DNA of 64,000 bases, filler included, from Stramenopiles sp. TOSAG23-2 (Eukaryota): assembly GCA_900128395.1 (NCBI GenBank). It is 9 parts of 9 records of this genome, joined end to end, with 100 filler letters (N's around TTAATTAATTAA, not from the genome) between each part and the next. Parts side by side here need not be neighbours in the genome. Positions count along the whole stretch, not along the records: positions 1 to 26,289 come from LT649439.1; 8 more parts are not named here. The stretch is one strand, 5' to 3'. Below the pieces are notes generated by a model. It was not told the origin of the DNA, searched no databases, and saw only the letters and a program-made list of their open reading frames with translations. The position numbers and the translations under genes are program-made. Each line of letters opens with the position of its first letter. Positions within the stretch are counted from its first letter, which is position 1. Positions 10,126 through 20,543 of this stretch are shown piece by piece.

Positions 10126-12735
10126 ATGGAAAATAAGAAAATAATACGATTTATATTATCATGTGTACTAGGCACGATGTTAACCTATATCACATTTGCA
10201 ACATTCTTTAGTAGTAGTAGTAACAAGGATGATGTGAATGATAATAATAACATACCTTTAATCATACAAAATATCATAATACAATATAAAGAACAAATAT
10301 CTGATGATTGGAAAAATGCAATACCTATCGTAGTAGCATTTTTATTTATTTATATTTTTGATTTATTTTTTTCCTTCTTAGCTGGTGAGAACAAGAATGA
10401 TGATCATGTTGAAAAATTGCCATTTCCAAAATTAACTATCTTATATGGTACAACAACTGGTAACGCAGCATCTTTTGCAAAGAAATTAAAAGCAACATGG
10501 AACAGGACGGCACGTGCCAATATTGCTAACCATTATGATATAAGTACATATGAATCTGAAAATATTTATGAAGTTGCAGCAGCGGAAAACCATGCATTGG
10601 TAGTTATTTTAAGTACATGGACTGGAGGAACACCACCAGAAACAGCAAAACATTTCATGGAATATTTAGAAGATACAGCAAATGATTTTCGTCGTAGTAA
10701 AACTGCACTTGGTCAACTTGCTGGTGCAGCGGTATATGGACTTGGAAGTACTGCATATGATACAGAAACATTTTGTTTACCAGCGAAAAAATGTGCCCAT
10801 TTGCTTGGACGTTTAGGAGCAAAAGATTTATTTATTGAAAGTAATAAAGATGATCATGTATCAGTTGGATTAGCAGATGATTCTGTTGGTGATATGGATG
10901 CTGAATATGAATTATGGATTGAAAAATTAATTTCACAATATCAAGCATCACCAAATGCAAATAATACAACAACAACAAAGAAGAAGACGAGTAGTAGTAC
11001 AAAAAAAATTGTAAAACGAAAGATAAGTCGTAAAGATAAGAAAAAATACAATTTGCAAAAAAATTCAAAAAAGAAAAACCAAAATAAAAATAGTGAAAAT
11101 TTAAATATAGATAGCATCGAAGAGACGGAGGAAGATAAATTAAATGATTATTTTGTAGAAGCTAGTAGTGGTGTATTAGATATTGAAGATATGGGTGGTG
11201 CAATGATGGAACAAAAAAAAAGTTTAAAAGATAGCTTATTGGCAGAACAAAAAGGGGAATTAGCTGAAATGGTAACACCACGACAACGTGCATCGTTAAC
11301 AAAAGAAGGGTATAAAATTATTGGTACTCATAGTGCAGTTAAATTATGTCGTTGGACTAAAAATCAATTGCGTGGACGTGGTGGATGCTATAAACATACA
11401 TGTTATGGTATTACATCCTATCAATGCATGGAAGCAACACCAAGTCTAGCATGTGCAAATAAATGTACATTTTGTTGGAGACATCATAAAAATCCTGTTG
11501 GCACATCATGGCGATGGAAACAAGATGAACCAGAACGAATTGTACGAGAAGCATTGGCATTGCATGATCAAATGGTAAAGCAAATGAAAGGTGTTCCAGG
11601 TGTACAAAAGGAACGATTAGCAGATGCACGTACCGTTCGACATTGTGCATTAAGTTTAGTAGGGGAACCAATTATGTATCCACGCATTAATGAAATGTTA
11701 GATGAATTGCATAAACGAGATATTTCTACGTTTTTAGTTACAAATGCTCAATTTCCAAAATGCATTGATAATTTATGCCCCGTAACACAACTTTACGTAT
11801 CGATTGATGCATCGACGAAGGAATCATTACAAAAAGTTGATAGGCCTTTATTTAAAGATTTTTGGGAACGTTTTCAAAGTTCCTTACGTAGTTTAAAACG
11901 AAAGAAACAACGAACGGTTTATCGTTTAACATTAGTCAAGGCACATAACATGGACGAAGTGCGAGAATATAGTGGTTTAGTAGCACTTGGTCAACCGGAT
12001 TTTATTGAAATTAAATCGGTAACATTTTGTGGTAAATCGGATGCATCTGATTTAACATTTGAAAACGTTCCATTTCATAAAGAAGTTGTTGAATTTGCAA
12101 GTGATTTATGTAAATACATTAACGAAGATGCTGAAATTAGGGAGAAAACATCGCAACAATTTGAAAATAAAAATGATGGAAATGATAATTATGCACGGTA
12201 TGAAATTTGTAGTGAACATCAACATTCTAATTTAGTATTATTAGCAAAAACATCGTACAAGGTGAAAGGGAAATGGAATACATGGATCGATTATCCAAAA
12301 TTTTCATCGTTGTGGAGGAAATGGAAAGATTCCAATGGAGAATTTACTTTTAACGCGGAAGATTACATGGCAGAAACACCATATTGGGCAGTATATGGTG
12401 CGAAAGAACGTGGAATGGATCCGCTTGAGAATCGTTATTATCATAATCGTACCATCAGACGTGCAAAAGAAGGGAAATTATCTAAATTGCAATTATCTCA
12501 ATACCCAATAAATCCAGCAGAAATCGATTTAGACGCTAGAAATGATTCCAATGCAAATGTTCAATTGAATGCACGAATTATAAAAGAGAATAAAGCAAAT
12601 AAACAGAGGCAACAAAATCAACATTTGAAAGTGAAATCAAACATTTCATTGCAACAATCATCTCAGGAAAGTGGCAGTAATAAAAGAAGTAATACAGTTA
12701 ATGCAGTGAAAACGAAAGAGTTGAATGGGAAGTGA
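10126..12735 (+). CDS. TYW1: tRNA wybutosine synthesis protein 1 (N-terminal TM segments, flavodoxin domain, radical SAM domain)
   Basis: ILYGTTTGNA flavodoxin motif, HSAVKLCRWT, CYKH, CANKCTFCWRHH and HCALSLVGEP. First ATG is at 10126. Confidence 0.96.
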   Translation: MENKKIIRFILSCVLGTMLTYITFATFFSSSSNKDDVNDNNNIPLIIQNIIIQYKEQISDDWKNAIPIVVAFLFIYIFDLFFSFLAGENKNDDHVEKLPFPKLTILYGTTTGNAASFAKKLKATWNRTARANIANHYDISTYESENIYEVAAAENHALVVILSTWTGGTPPETAKHFMEYLEDTANDFRRSKTALGQLAGAAVYGLGSTAYDTETFCLPAKKCAHLLGRLGAKDLFIESNKDDHVSVGLADDSVGDMDAEYELWIEKLISQYQASPNANNTTTTKKKTSSSTKKIVKRKISRKDKKKYNLQKNSKKKNQNKNSENLNIDSIEETEEDKLNDYFVEASSGVLDIEDMGGAMMEQKKSLKDSLLAEQKGELAEMVTPRQRASLTKEGYKIIGTHSAVKLCRWTKNQLRGRGGCYKHTCYGITSYQCMEATPSLACANKCTFCWRHHKNPVGTSWRWKQDEPERIVREALALHDQMVKQMKGVPGVQKERLADARTVRHCALSLVGEPIMYPRINEMLDELHKRDISTFLVTNAQFPKCIDNLCPVTQLYVSIDASTKESLQKVDRPLFKDFWERFQSSLRSLKRKKQRTVYRLTLVKAHNMDEVREYSGLVALGQPDFIEIKSVTFCGKSDASDLTFENVPFHKEVVEFASDLCKYINEDAEIREKTSQQFENKNDGNDNYARYEICSEHQHSNLVLLAKTSYKVKGKWNTWIDYPKFSSLWRKWKDSNGEFTFNAEDYMAETPYWAVYGAKERGMDPLENRYYHNRTIRRAKEGKLSKLQLSQYPINPAEIDLDARNDSNANVQLNARIIKENKANKQRQQNQHLKVKSNISLQQSSQESGSNKRSNTVNAVKTKELNGK

Positions 12736-13175
12736 GAAGTATAAAAGAGAATGTGTCTGTGTGTGTGTGTGTGTGTGTAAAATGTAAAGTGAGAGATATA
12801 CATATGTTTTTTTACAACCTCTTTTGTACGATTCGTATCATATGATATGATATCATATCATACGAAGTTCTCGTTTTTCTCGAAGTAAAAATATGATACG
12901 AAGAGTATTATGCCATACGTATTATATTATATAATATTCGTAAATTACAAAAAAAATGAAAATATTTTTTTAATACGACTTCGTACACAAGAGACAAAGT
13001 GTTACAGAGAGTTTTAATAATTTTTTTTGTCAGAAATTTAAAAGTAAAAAAACTGCATCATATCATCATATGATACGACGTCTTACATTTTTGTTCTTCT
13101 TGTATGCATACCATATCATCTACGTTGTACGACGACACGCGATATAGTATTCTTCTCTGATCTCTGACATTAGAT

Positions 13176-14054
13176 TCACGGAGATAAATATTGTCGGAGA
13201 AATTCGTTGAAATTCGGTGTTCCATTTTCACGACGTCTGCGCGCCATTGCATCAATGTCAAAGATACTTCGATCAACAGGTGCTCCACCAAAGACTAATC
13301 TTCTACCATCATCATGTCTCATTTCGTATCCTTCAGCACCAAAATTCAACTCAGCTTCTTTTCTTGCTTTTGATTTCGGTTTTTTCTCCAAGATCCTTTT
13401 TTGTTCAAAGAAACGATATGCAGCTGGATAAACGGAATTTGAAGCACCGGCACCTTTACCTTTATATTTGCAAAATGATAACAATGAATTGCTAGCAACA
13501 CCACCGATTGCACGACAGAATGCGGCTTGACTTACAACATTATCTATTAAAAAACGGTCGATTTTTTTTCTGATAATATCACAATTGTCATATACTGGAA
13601 CATTTTCTGGAAGATCAACAGCTGAAATTTGTTGCAAAAGTAATAAACCTGCAGTCTTTCGTGCTTTTTTGCTTGAACTTGAGCTGCTACTACTGCCACT
13701 GCTAACACCGTCAAGAATGTCTCTTTTGCGTTTTTTATTTTCAGCTTTTTTACGATATTTTGCTCTGATTTTTTCACGTTCAAGAAATTTTGCTGCAGCC
13801 CAATATGTACCATTTTGACAAGCAGACCATTGATCTTTATAATTACCTCTCATAAATTTTCTAAAGGAGCCACTATTAATACCAATCATACTTAACCATG
13901 CAGTTTGACTCATCGTTTTCTCTTGAAGAAAACGGGTGATTTCACCTCTAATAGCGTTTGGAGATTTTTGTTTACTTCCTCTTCTTGGTACCCAGTAGTC
14001 ATCCATCATCTCTTCTTCAAGATCTTGAAGTTCTGATTGTTCAGTTTTAGGCAT
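13176..14054 (-). CDS. Conserved protein with two related helical repeats (DUF7726-like, recalled from fungal/stramenopile proteins)
   Basis: Two internal repeats: SPNAIRGEITRFL...YWAAAKFLE and VYDNCDIIRKKIDRFL...YPAAYRFFEQKRI. Confidence 0.55.
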   Translation of the reverse strand: MPKTEQSELQDLEEEMMDDYWVPRRGSKQKSPNAIRGEITRFLQEKTMSQTAWLSMIGINSGSFRKFMRGNYKDQWSACQNGTYWAAAKFLEREKIRAKYRKKAENKKRKRDILDGVSSGSSSSSSSSKKARKTAGLLLLQQISAVDLPENVPVYDNCDIIRKKIDRFLIDNVVSQAAFCRAIGGVASNSLLSFCKYKGKGAGASNSVYPAAYRFFEQKRILEKKPKSKARKEAELNFGAEGYEMRHDDGRRLVFGGAPVDRSIFDIDAMARRRRENGTPNFNEFLRQYLSP

Positions 14055-14698
14055 TTTTTTTCAAAAAATGTAATAATATAATATATATAATAATACAATG
14101 TAATAATACGTGTATGTTTTTTCTTACTTTTTTTTTCTTCTTATGTTGCGTACGTACGTTTCGTATAGTTTTCTCGAATCGACCAATGATTGTTTGTTGT
14201 TGTTGTTGTTGTTGTATTATTGTCACATCTATCACAATGTTTTGTGTTTGATTTTAACACACCTCCTTCTTTCGAACTACTATTTATATTCTTTTTTCTT
14301 CTTTTTTTCCCTCGCATTTTTTTTTTTTAGGTAATAATTTTCCCTCACTGGCTCACTACAGGTTAAGGTATCACCACCACGATAAAAAATGTTTTCTATT
14401 AAAGACTACGATAATTGGTACTAATGATATGTGTAAATATATAGGACAAAATCCACCATTTTTAACATAAACCTTATATCCTCTCTCTCCTATCACTTTT
14501 TTTCAATTTTATCTATTGTTAGAAGTCTTATTTTTGACTTTGTTAACATGTTACTTTTGTGTACTTAAATGGTATATTAGTATATCAACAAAAAGGAAAA
14601 GAAATTACACTCTTTTTTCCCTTGGTGGTTCCGCTGTTTTTCCACGCAGAAATAACACCACACAGCATTGAAAATCACCTCCACAAACGATCACATTT

Positions 14699-15218
14699 CA
14701 CTATGGTTGAAATAAGCCCTTTTTTAAACAACAAAAATTTGCTAAAAATTCTCTCGTTTTAACCCTACGTCTAACACTATCAGGCGTGCGCCATGCTAAT
14801 TTCAGTTTTAGAATCCAGCGTAAATTTATTACTACCAGTTGTTTATACTTATTAATTATTGTTTTTTCCTATTTGATTTATTTCGGAAATTATTTTTACC
14901 AAATAGATATATGAAATAAATAGGTATTTTTATATACTATATATAGGATAAAGTTATACTTGAATATATTTATTGATATATTGAAATAATATTGGATATA
15001 TGAAAATATATTTTTAGCATTAATACACCATTGACCAATGATATGGCTTTGTTAATATTAGCAGGCGCGCACTAAAGGGAGTATATAGGACCATACTATA
15101 TATTCTTTTAGTACGAGTTACAGGGCAAACTGGCCAGTTTTCCGATTAGAGGCCGAGCAAGCAGTGAAAAAATGTTAAAAAAATGTTGTTTAAAAACAGG
15201 CTTATTTCAGCCATAGTG
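14699..15218. mobile_element. CACTA (En/Spm)-type non-autonomous DNA transposon, 520 bp
   Basis: 35-bp terminal inverted repeats (14699-14733 and 15184-15218, 32/35 identical) beginning CACTA and ending TAGTG. TTT on both flanks. AT-rich non-coding interior. Confidence 0.8.
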
Positions 15219-15233
15219 TTTTGTTGCCGGTTG

Positions 15234-15453
15234 TTGCCGACACGCACTTCTAAGAAGACGAGAATGCATACAGATTAGAACGTATATAAAAGTGTAAATG
15301 TTCAATACGTATGCGATATGGATTTTATGTGTGTGTATACATTTGTTGTACATATATCTAGAATTTCAATCTCTCTCTCTCTCTCTCTTTCCTTTCCCTG
15401 TTACAACCCATGTACATATTAACAGATCAGTGCGTGTAGGTTTGTTCTTATTG
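15234..15453. repeat. Diverged copy of the UFD1 stop/3'-flank region (22667-22887)
   Basis: About 220 bp colinear match from TTGCCGACACGCACTTCT to TTTGTTCTTATTG, with small indels and substitutions. Confidence 0.9.
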
Positions 15454-16228
15454 TATGAGTTTTAGTTCCACCCATCACTCTACTAGCTAATCTTTTCATA
15501 CGGCGCACTAAATCATGTAGCTCAACCCAAGTTTCAAACGCTTGGACCATATTTTTCTTCTTTAATTTCGCTAAACAACGCTTCACAACAATTTCATTTG
15601 CTCGATCCCGTGCCGCCCGTCTTACATCAGCAGCTCTTCTTCTTCTATCGTTATCAAGAACTTGCAATAAAAAATCTTTACTAACTTGCCTAGCAACTGT
15701 TTTCGTAAATAACATTTGCATTTTTTCCTCAAATGTTTCAAATCCTGTCATTAGTTCATTATATCCTGTCATTCCTAGATTAGTTGGGACGGATAATAAA
15801 TTATCTGGCAATGGTCTTTTTCGTTTTCCTTGTCGAGAATCCCAAGGTGTTGAGGAAACTGGTGTTACAGGTTTTAATGTGATTGGACGTAATTTTTTTT
15901 GTTCTTCTTTCTTTTTTTGGACTTTTATTTTTGGCATCGGATGTAAAACATTTTTTCTATACCAGCTCATTGTATCAAAATTTACACCCGCCCGTTCTTT
16001 TTTACGTAAAAACGACCGCCATAACTTTTTGCCTTGTTTTGGATCAAAAACTGGATGCGACATATCACTTGTCTCGTCGTTTCTCTTACTCATAAAATGA
16101 GACGATGGTGAGTTTTTCTTGCGAGATTTCTTTTTTCTCCTTTTTCGTTTTTTCCCAGATGAACCATCATCAGATAAAATTTTGCCAGACTTACTAACTT
16201 TATGTGGACTCAACGACGCTGGAAGCAT
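15419..16228 (-). CDS. Basic hypothetical protein with an Sfi1-like repeat; C-terminus probably truncated
   Basis: 269-aa ORF with MVQAFETWVEL...MKRLASRV. The last ~11 codons derive from the duplicated UFD1 3' flank. Confidence 0.55.
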   Translation of the reverse strand: MLPASLSPHKVSKSGKILSDDGSSGKKRKRRKKKSRKKNSPSSHFMSKRNDETSDMSHPVFDPKQGKKLWRSFLRKKERAGVNFDTMSWYRKNVLHPMPKIKVQKKKEEQKKLRPITLKPVTPVSSTPWDSRQGKRKRPLPDNLLSVPTNLGMTGYNELMTGFETFEEKMQMLFTKTVARQVSKDFLLQVLDNDRRRRAADVRRAARDRANEIVVKRCLAKLKKKNMVQAFETWVELHDLVRRMKRLASRVMGGTKTHTIRTNLHALIC

Positions 16229-16808
16229 GATTCAAAGCGAACGTTGTTTTTCAAAATTTTCAAATGGCAAAAAGTTGTTATATACGTGTGGTTTATACGT
16301 TTTATTTATACGCATATATATATAAATAAAGTTGTTGACAACTATTATATGTTGCATATGCACAACATATCGTCGTCGGCAAAATAATAAAAAAGCTGTA
16401 GACGACGGCCTGTGTGGATGCTAAAAAGCCTTCGTAATGATACGCAGTGCTATAACGGTAATCATGCAAAAAAAAGAGAAACCCGTATACGTGTGTAAGT
16501 GTTAATATCAGAGAGAAGTTAATATGTGTAGTAGTGTGAGCCTAGATATTAATAGTGTTATAAGCAATTTATGATTTATGACGCTACAGCATCGCTATAG
16601 GCTATAGCTGGCCGGCTGGCAGCTGGCTATAGGCTAAAATACTATAAAACGTTATAATTGGTTGTTGTTCCAACTTCCAACTATATCATAAATAACCATG
16701 TATATTATAGATAGATAAGACAATAACATGGATTCATGAAGAACACCTCGACCATATATAATTCTCTTCCTCCTTTTTCCTGCTTGTACTGTTGACAAGA
16801 CGTAAATC

Positions 16809-19800
16809 ATGAAGAAGAAGAAAAAGCAATCAGCACTGTCTAAATGTAAGGTATGCGGGTTCAAAAAGGTACCAAAAGCAATAGAGTGCCCAATATGTAG
16901 TGCGAAATATAATGTTAATAGTAGTAAAAATAATAAGAATGATGTAAACTATAAAAAGAAAGATAAAAGAACGATATCAAATTCGCATCCACTAGGGCCA
17001 CAACTTGTACAAAAAACCAACAACATAATTATGCGGCGACAAAAGCGCAATCGCAATCGGCATAGAAGAAAACGTGGAATAGAATTTACAACATCAAATA
17101 TTATTGATACGAATATTGATGAAAAAAAAGAAGAGCAGCAAGTTTCTTCCCGAGAAGGCAGTCTATTATTTAATCTTGATAAAAATAAATATTTCAATAA
17201 TAAAGATAGTAACAAGAAAAATAATATAAACGCAAGCCCAAGCCAAAGTCGTGATTTATCATCTTCAATGGAATTTTCAAATATTAATAGTAGTAGCTCC
17301 ATCACACGCTTTGATGCAAACAAGTCTAAATTGTTCCACTTACAAAAACCGTCTTTCCTAAATCGTCCAAGTCAAGATACTTTTAATAAAAGTTCATCAT
17401 ATGTCATGAGTAAAGTAAGCGATGAAATGTCTAGAATTTTTGAATGTATTCCCCCACCTAAGCTATTGCTAATGAATCGTCCAAAGATGATATATAAAAC
17501 CAATTTGGATCTTTCCATGTGGCCTGTAAATGATTCTCAATGGAGATATATTGAAAGTTTAAATGTGTTAAAACTGGAAACATTATCATTAAAAGATAAT
17601 TTAGAAATTTCTGATCTTACCCTAGTAGCAATAGGAAAAAAGCAAGGCGCCACTTTAAGACATATCAATTTAGACGGTTGCAATGGACTTGAATTAAAAG
17701 ATGGGATTTTGGCACTACTATCGCTTTGTAAATCATTAGAAACTTTAAATATTTCCAGATGCCATAATGTATATAATGATACCATCAAAACCATTTCCTT
17801 GCATGGTGCACATATAAAAGAATTAAAATGCGACGAATGTATAAATATCAATGATGTAGGTTTTAAATACTTAGTCGATAATAATATGACTAATTTAGAA
17901 CTGTTATCATTAAAAAATTGCACTCAAGTCACAGGCAAATATTTAGGTACATTATTAAAGACAAGCCCAAAGCTGTTAACAATTGAATTAAATGACTGTA
18001 TTTGGATTGACGATAAAAGTCTAGCATCTATATCTGCTCAGAAGATTGCTTGGGGGTATACAGATTCTCAAGGTGGCCTAATTCCATTGAAAAGAATATC
18101 CATTCGAAATTGTATTCGTGTCAGCGATGCAGGTATTACATGGGTCATGTCCAAAACACGGCAGATAAAAGAAATAGATTTATCTGGGTGTTCAATAACA
18201 GACGTTTCGTTAGATCTAATTGGTAAATGGTGCTCCAAATTATCCATTTTGCTTATAAGCAATTGCATTCAAATTACAAATAAGGGCTTGAAGCAATTAG
18301 CATACCACCAAATGGAGCATGCACGTAATGCTGAAACTTCTTTGGATGGGATACAAGAACTAGATATAAGTGGTTGTGAAAAAGTGGATGATTATGGGAT
18401 CGAAGTTATTGCTAGAGCGTTACAAAATATACGTAAAATTGATGTTTCAAGATTGCCCAATATGACAGATGCAGCTTTACGTGCTATATCCAAGACTTGT
18501 ATTTTGCTAGAAAGTATTAACACTTCGCTGTCTGAGCAAGTAACAGGAACTGGAATAAAGTTAATCGTTCGCAATGTACGAACGTGTACTACGGATGGAA
18601 AAAGTATAACGTTAGGGAAAAAAGCAACACAGAGTACCACACTTGCTTGTCGAGAAGCATCTATTGCCGTAAATGGGAACACTTGGGGAGCGTACGGAGA
18701 ATCGTATGATGATGAGAATGGAGAAATTTCTCAAACGACATTTGAAAGACATCCATGGTGGGAAGTTGATTTAGAGGAAATTTGGGATGTTGGTCTTTTA
18801 CGTATATGGTCTCCATCAGCCGATGAGATGATAAAGTATAATTACCCAATGTGGGTTATGGCATCGGAGACACCGTTTAAGAAAGATGATGAAGATTACA
18901 ATCCTGATGCAGTTGTATACAAAAAGTGTTTTCGCGAATTATCACGTGTTGTAAAGTGGGACTTGAGACAACGAGCGCGTTATGTTAGAATACAAACATT
19001 GAATTTTGCACCCTTGCTCTTATCTCAAGTAGAAGTATATTTTCGTGGGAGTACCTCCTTGAATGTAAGCGGTTGTTTTGGAATTGGTGGGTATGGAATT
19101 ACAGAAATCGCTAGAAGATTTTTACATTTAATCAAATTAGATGTATCCGACAACCCAAATGTCCATGATCGAGCATTGACACTTATTGCTCGAAATCTAC
19201 TAAATTTAGAAGAATTGTATTTATCTAGTTGCAATCAAATAACAGATGATGGGATGTATGAAATGTCATTGCACGAACGCCGGTATAAAATTGTAGATTT
19301 AACATTTTGTAATCAATTGTCATCGAGAGGAGTGTTGTATTGTGTGACTAGGTGCAAAAACTTGAAAATATTACATCTAGCTTATGTAAATCCCTTAACG
19401 AATAATGGAATTTTTTTCATCGCTCGTGCTTGTCGATTAATCCAGACTTTGACCTTGCATGGTTGTTCATTAATTACAGAAGAAGGAATATTACGATGTG
19501 CTCCATACTTAAAATATGCACGAGCAGAATATAATCTGGAAGAAGATGGTGGATTTGATTTTTTTCCTTTACCCCATGCAGATAGTCGTCAATTTAGAGA
19601 TAAAATTTTACATCAAATTGCATTATTTACCACAACACTACCAGCGCTACAGCGGCACGTTAGAAAATATTTGAAGCACAAAAATAAAGATAAAACAACA
19701 AAGAAAAATAATGAAGTAGGTGAAGTAAAAATGTTGGGTTACAATTTGGACAAATTTAAGTCTAATCAAGATAAACATACACACAATACTACTGCAATAA

Positions 19801-20543
19801 ATAAGTTGAAATATAAGCCATCTCCTCCCTCAAAATTGATAAATCGTAAAAGGCCAAAAGTTAATATGAGCAGTATATCAAAGTATTCTAATCTTGCAAT
19901 GTTTGATGTAGCACGCGAAGAAAGTCGAAGGTATAGGTTGCATATGGAAAAAGTATTGGCAAGTCTTGGAAAAGGTGCACGTGCATACACCATTCAACGA
20001 TGTTGGAAAAATTATAAAGAAAAATGTAGATTATGGGAATTGGAACAACTTCGACTACTTGTATACCAAAAAGAAGCTGCTGCAATAAAGCTACTACAGA
20101 GACGAGTGCGTATATATCTTGCAAAAAAGAAAGTTCTTGAACTCAGGGCTCTACGATTGGCATATTTACTGAGCTTAAAAAAGGAAAAAGTAGTGTTAGC
20201 AGAAGTAGATCCAGCGTGGCGAAGAGATATGGCGGCTTTGATTATTCAAGGACATGTTCGTACTTGGTTAAATAAACTAAGAACCGAAAGAAAGCGCATA
20301 CGTGATTGGCTGGAGCAAAAAGCATCAAAAACGATTAAGATGGCATTTATGCGTTTAATCATGCGACGGAGGGGCAAACGAATCTTGTGGCAAAAACGGT
20401 TCGATAAAGCTGTAAAGACACTAACAAAAGTACAAGCTAGATGGAGAGGAAGATTACAACGACAAGCAATATCAGACCAAAAATCGGCTGCGTTGACCAT
20501 TGAAAGGGTAATGGAACGACGAGACGTATATTGTATAGAATGA
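16809..20543 (+). CDS. Cysteine-containing LRR (AMN1/FBXL-type) protein with an inserted F5/8-type/fucolectin-like domain and IQ motifs; N-terminal part
   Basis: Many LxxLxLxxCxxITD repeats, HPWWEVDL..RIWS and LSQVEVY, IQ motifs (IQGHVR, VQARWRG), and an N-terminal CxxC...CxxC. Confidence 0.8.
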   Translation: MKKKKKQSALSKCKVCGFKKVPKAIECPICSAKYNVNSSKNNKNDVNYKKKDKRTISNSHPLGPQLVQKTNNIIMRRQKRNRNRHRRKRGIEFTTSNIIDTNIDEKKEEQQVSSREGSLLFNLDKNKYFNNKDSNKKNNINASPSQSRDLSSSMEFSNINSSSSITRFDANKSKLFHLQKPSFLNRPSQDTFNKSSSYVMSKVSDEMSRIFECIPPPKLLLMNRPKMIYKTNLDLSMWPVNDSQWRYIESLNVLKLETLSLKDNLEISDLTLVAIGKKQGATLRHINLDGCNGLELKDGILALLSLCKSLETLNISRCHNVYNDTIKTISLHGAHIKELKCDECININDVGFKYLVDNNMTNLELLSLKNCTQVTGKYLGTLLKTSPKLLTIELNDCIWIDDKSLASISAQKIAWGYTDSQGGLIPLKRISIRNCIRVSDAGITWVMSKTRQIKEIDLSGCSITDVSLDLIGKWCSKLSILLISNCIQITNKGLKQLAYHQMEHARNAETSLDGIQELDISGCEKVDDYGIEVIARALQNIRKIDVSRLPNMTDAALRAISKTCILLESINTSLSEQVTGTGIKLIVRNVRTCTTDGKSITLGKKATQSTTLACREASIAVNGNTWGAYGESYDDENGEISQTTFERHPWWEVDLEEIWDVGLLRIWSPSADEMIKYNYPMWVMASETPFKKDDEDYNPDAVVYKKCFRELSRVVKWDLRQRARYVRIQTLNFAPLLLSQVEVYFRGSTSLNVSGCFGIGGYGITEIARRFLHLIKLDVSDNPNVHDRALTLIARNLLNLEELYLSSCNQITDDGMYEMSLHERRYKIVDLTFCNQLSSRGVLYCVTRCKNLKILHLAYVNPLTNNGIFFIARACRLIQTLTLHGCSLITEEGILRCAPYLKYARAEYNLEEDGGFDFFPLPHADSRQFRDKILHQIALFTTTLPALQRHVRKYLKHKNKDKTTKKNNEVGEVKMLGYNLDKFKSNQDKHTHNTTAINKLKYKPSPPSKLINRKRPKVNMSSISKYSNLAMFDVAREESRRYRLHMEKVLASLGKGARAYTIQRCWKNYKEKCRLWELEQLRLLVYQKEAAAIKLLQRRVRIYLAKKKVLELRALRLAYLLSLKKEKVVLAEVDPAWRRDMAALIIQGHVRTWLNKLRTERKRIRDWLEQKASKTIKMAFMRLIMRRRGKRILWQKRFDKAVKTLTKVQARWRGRLQRQAISDQKSAALTIERVMERRDVYCIE

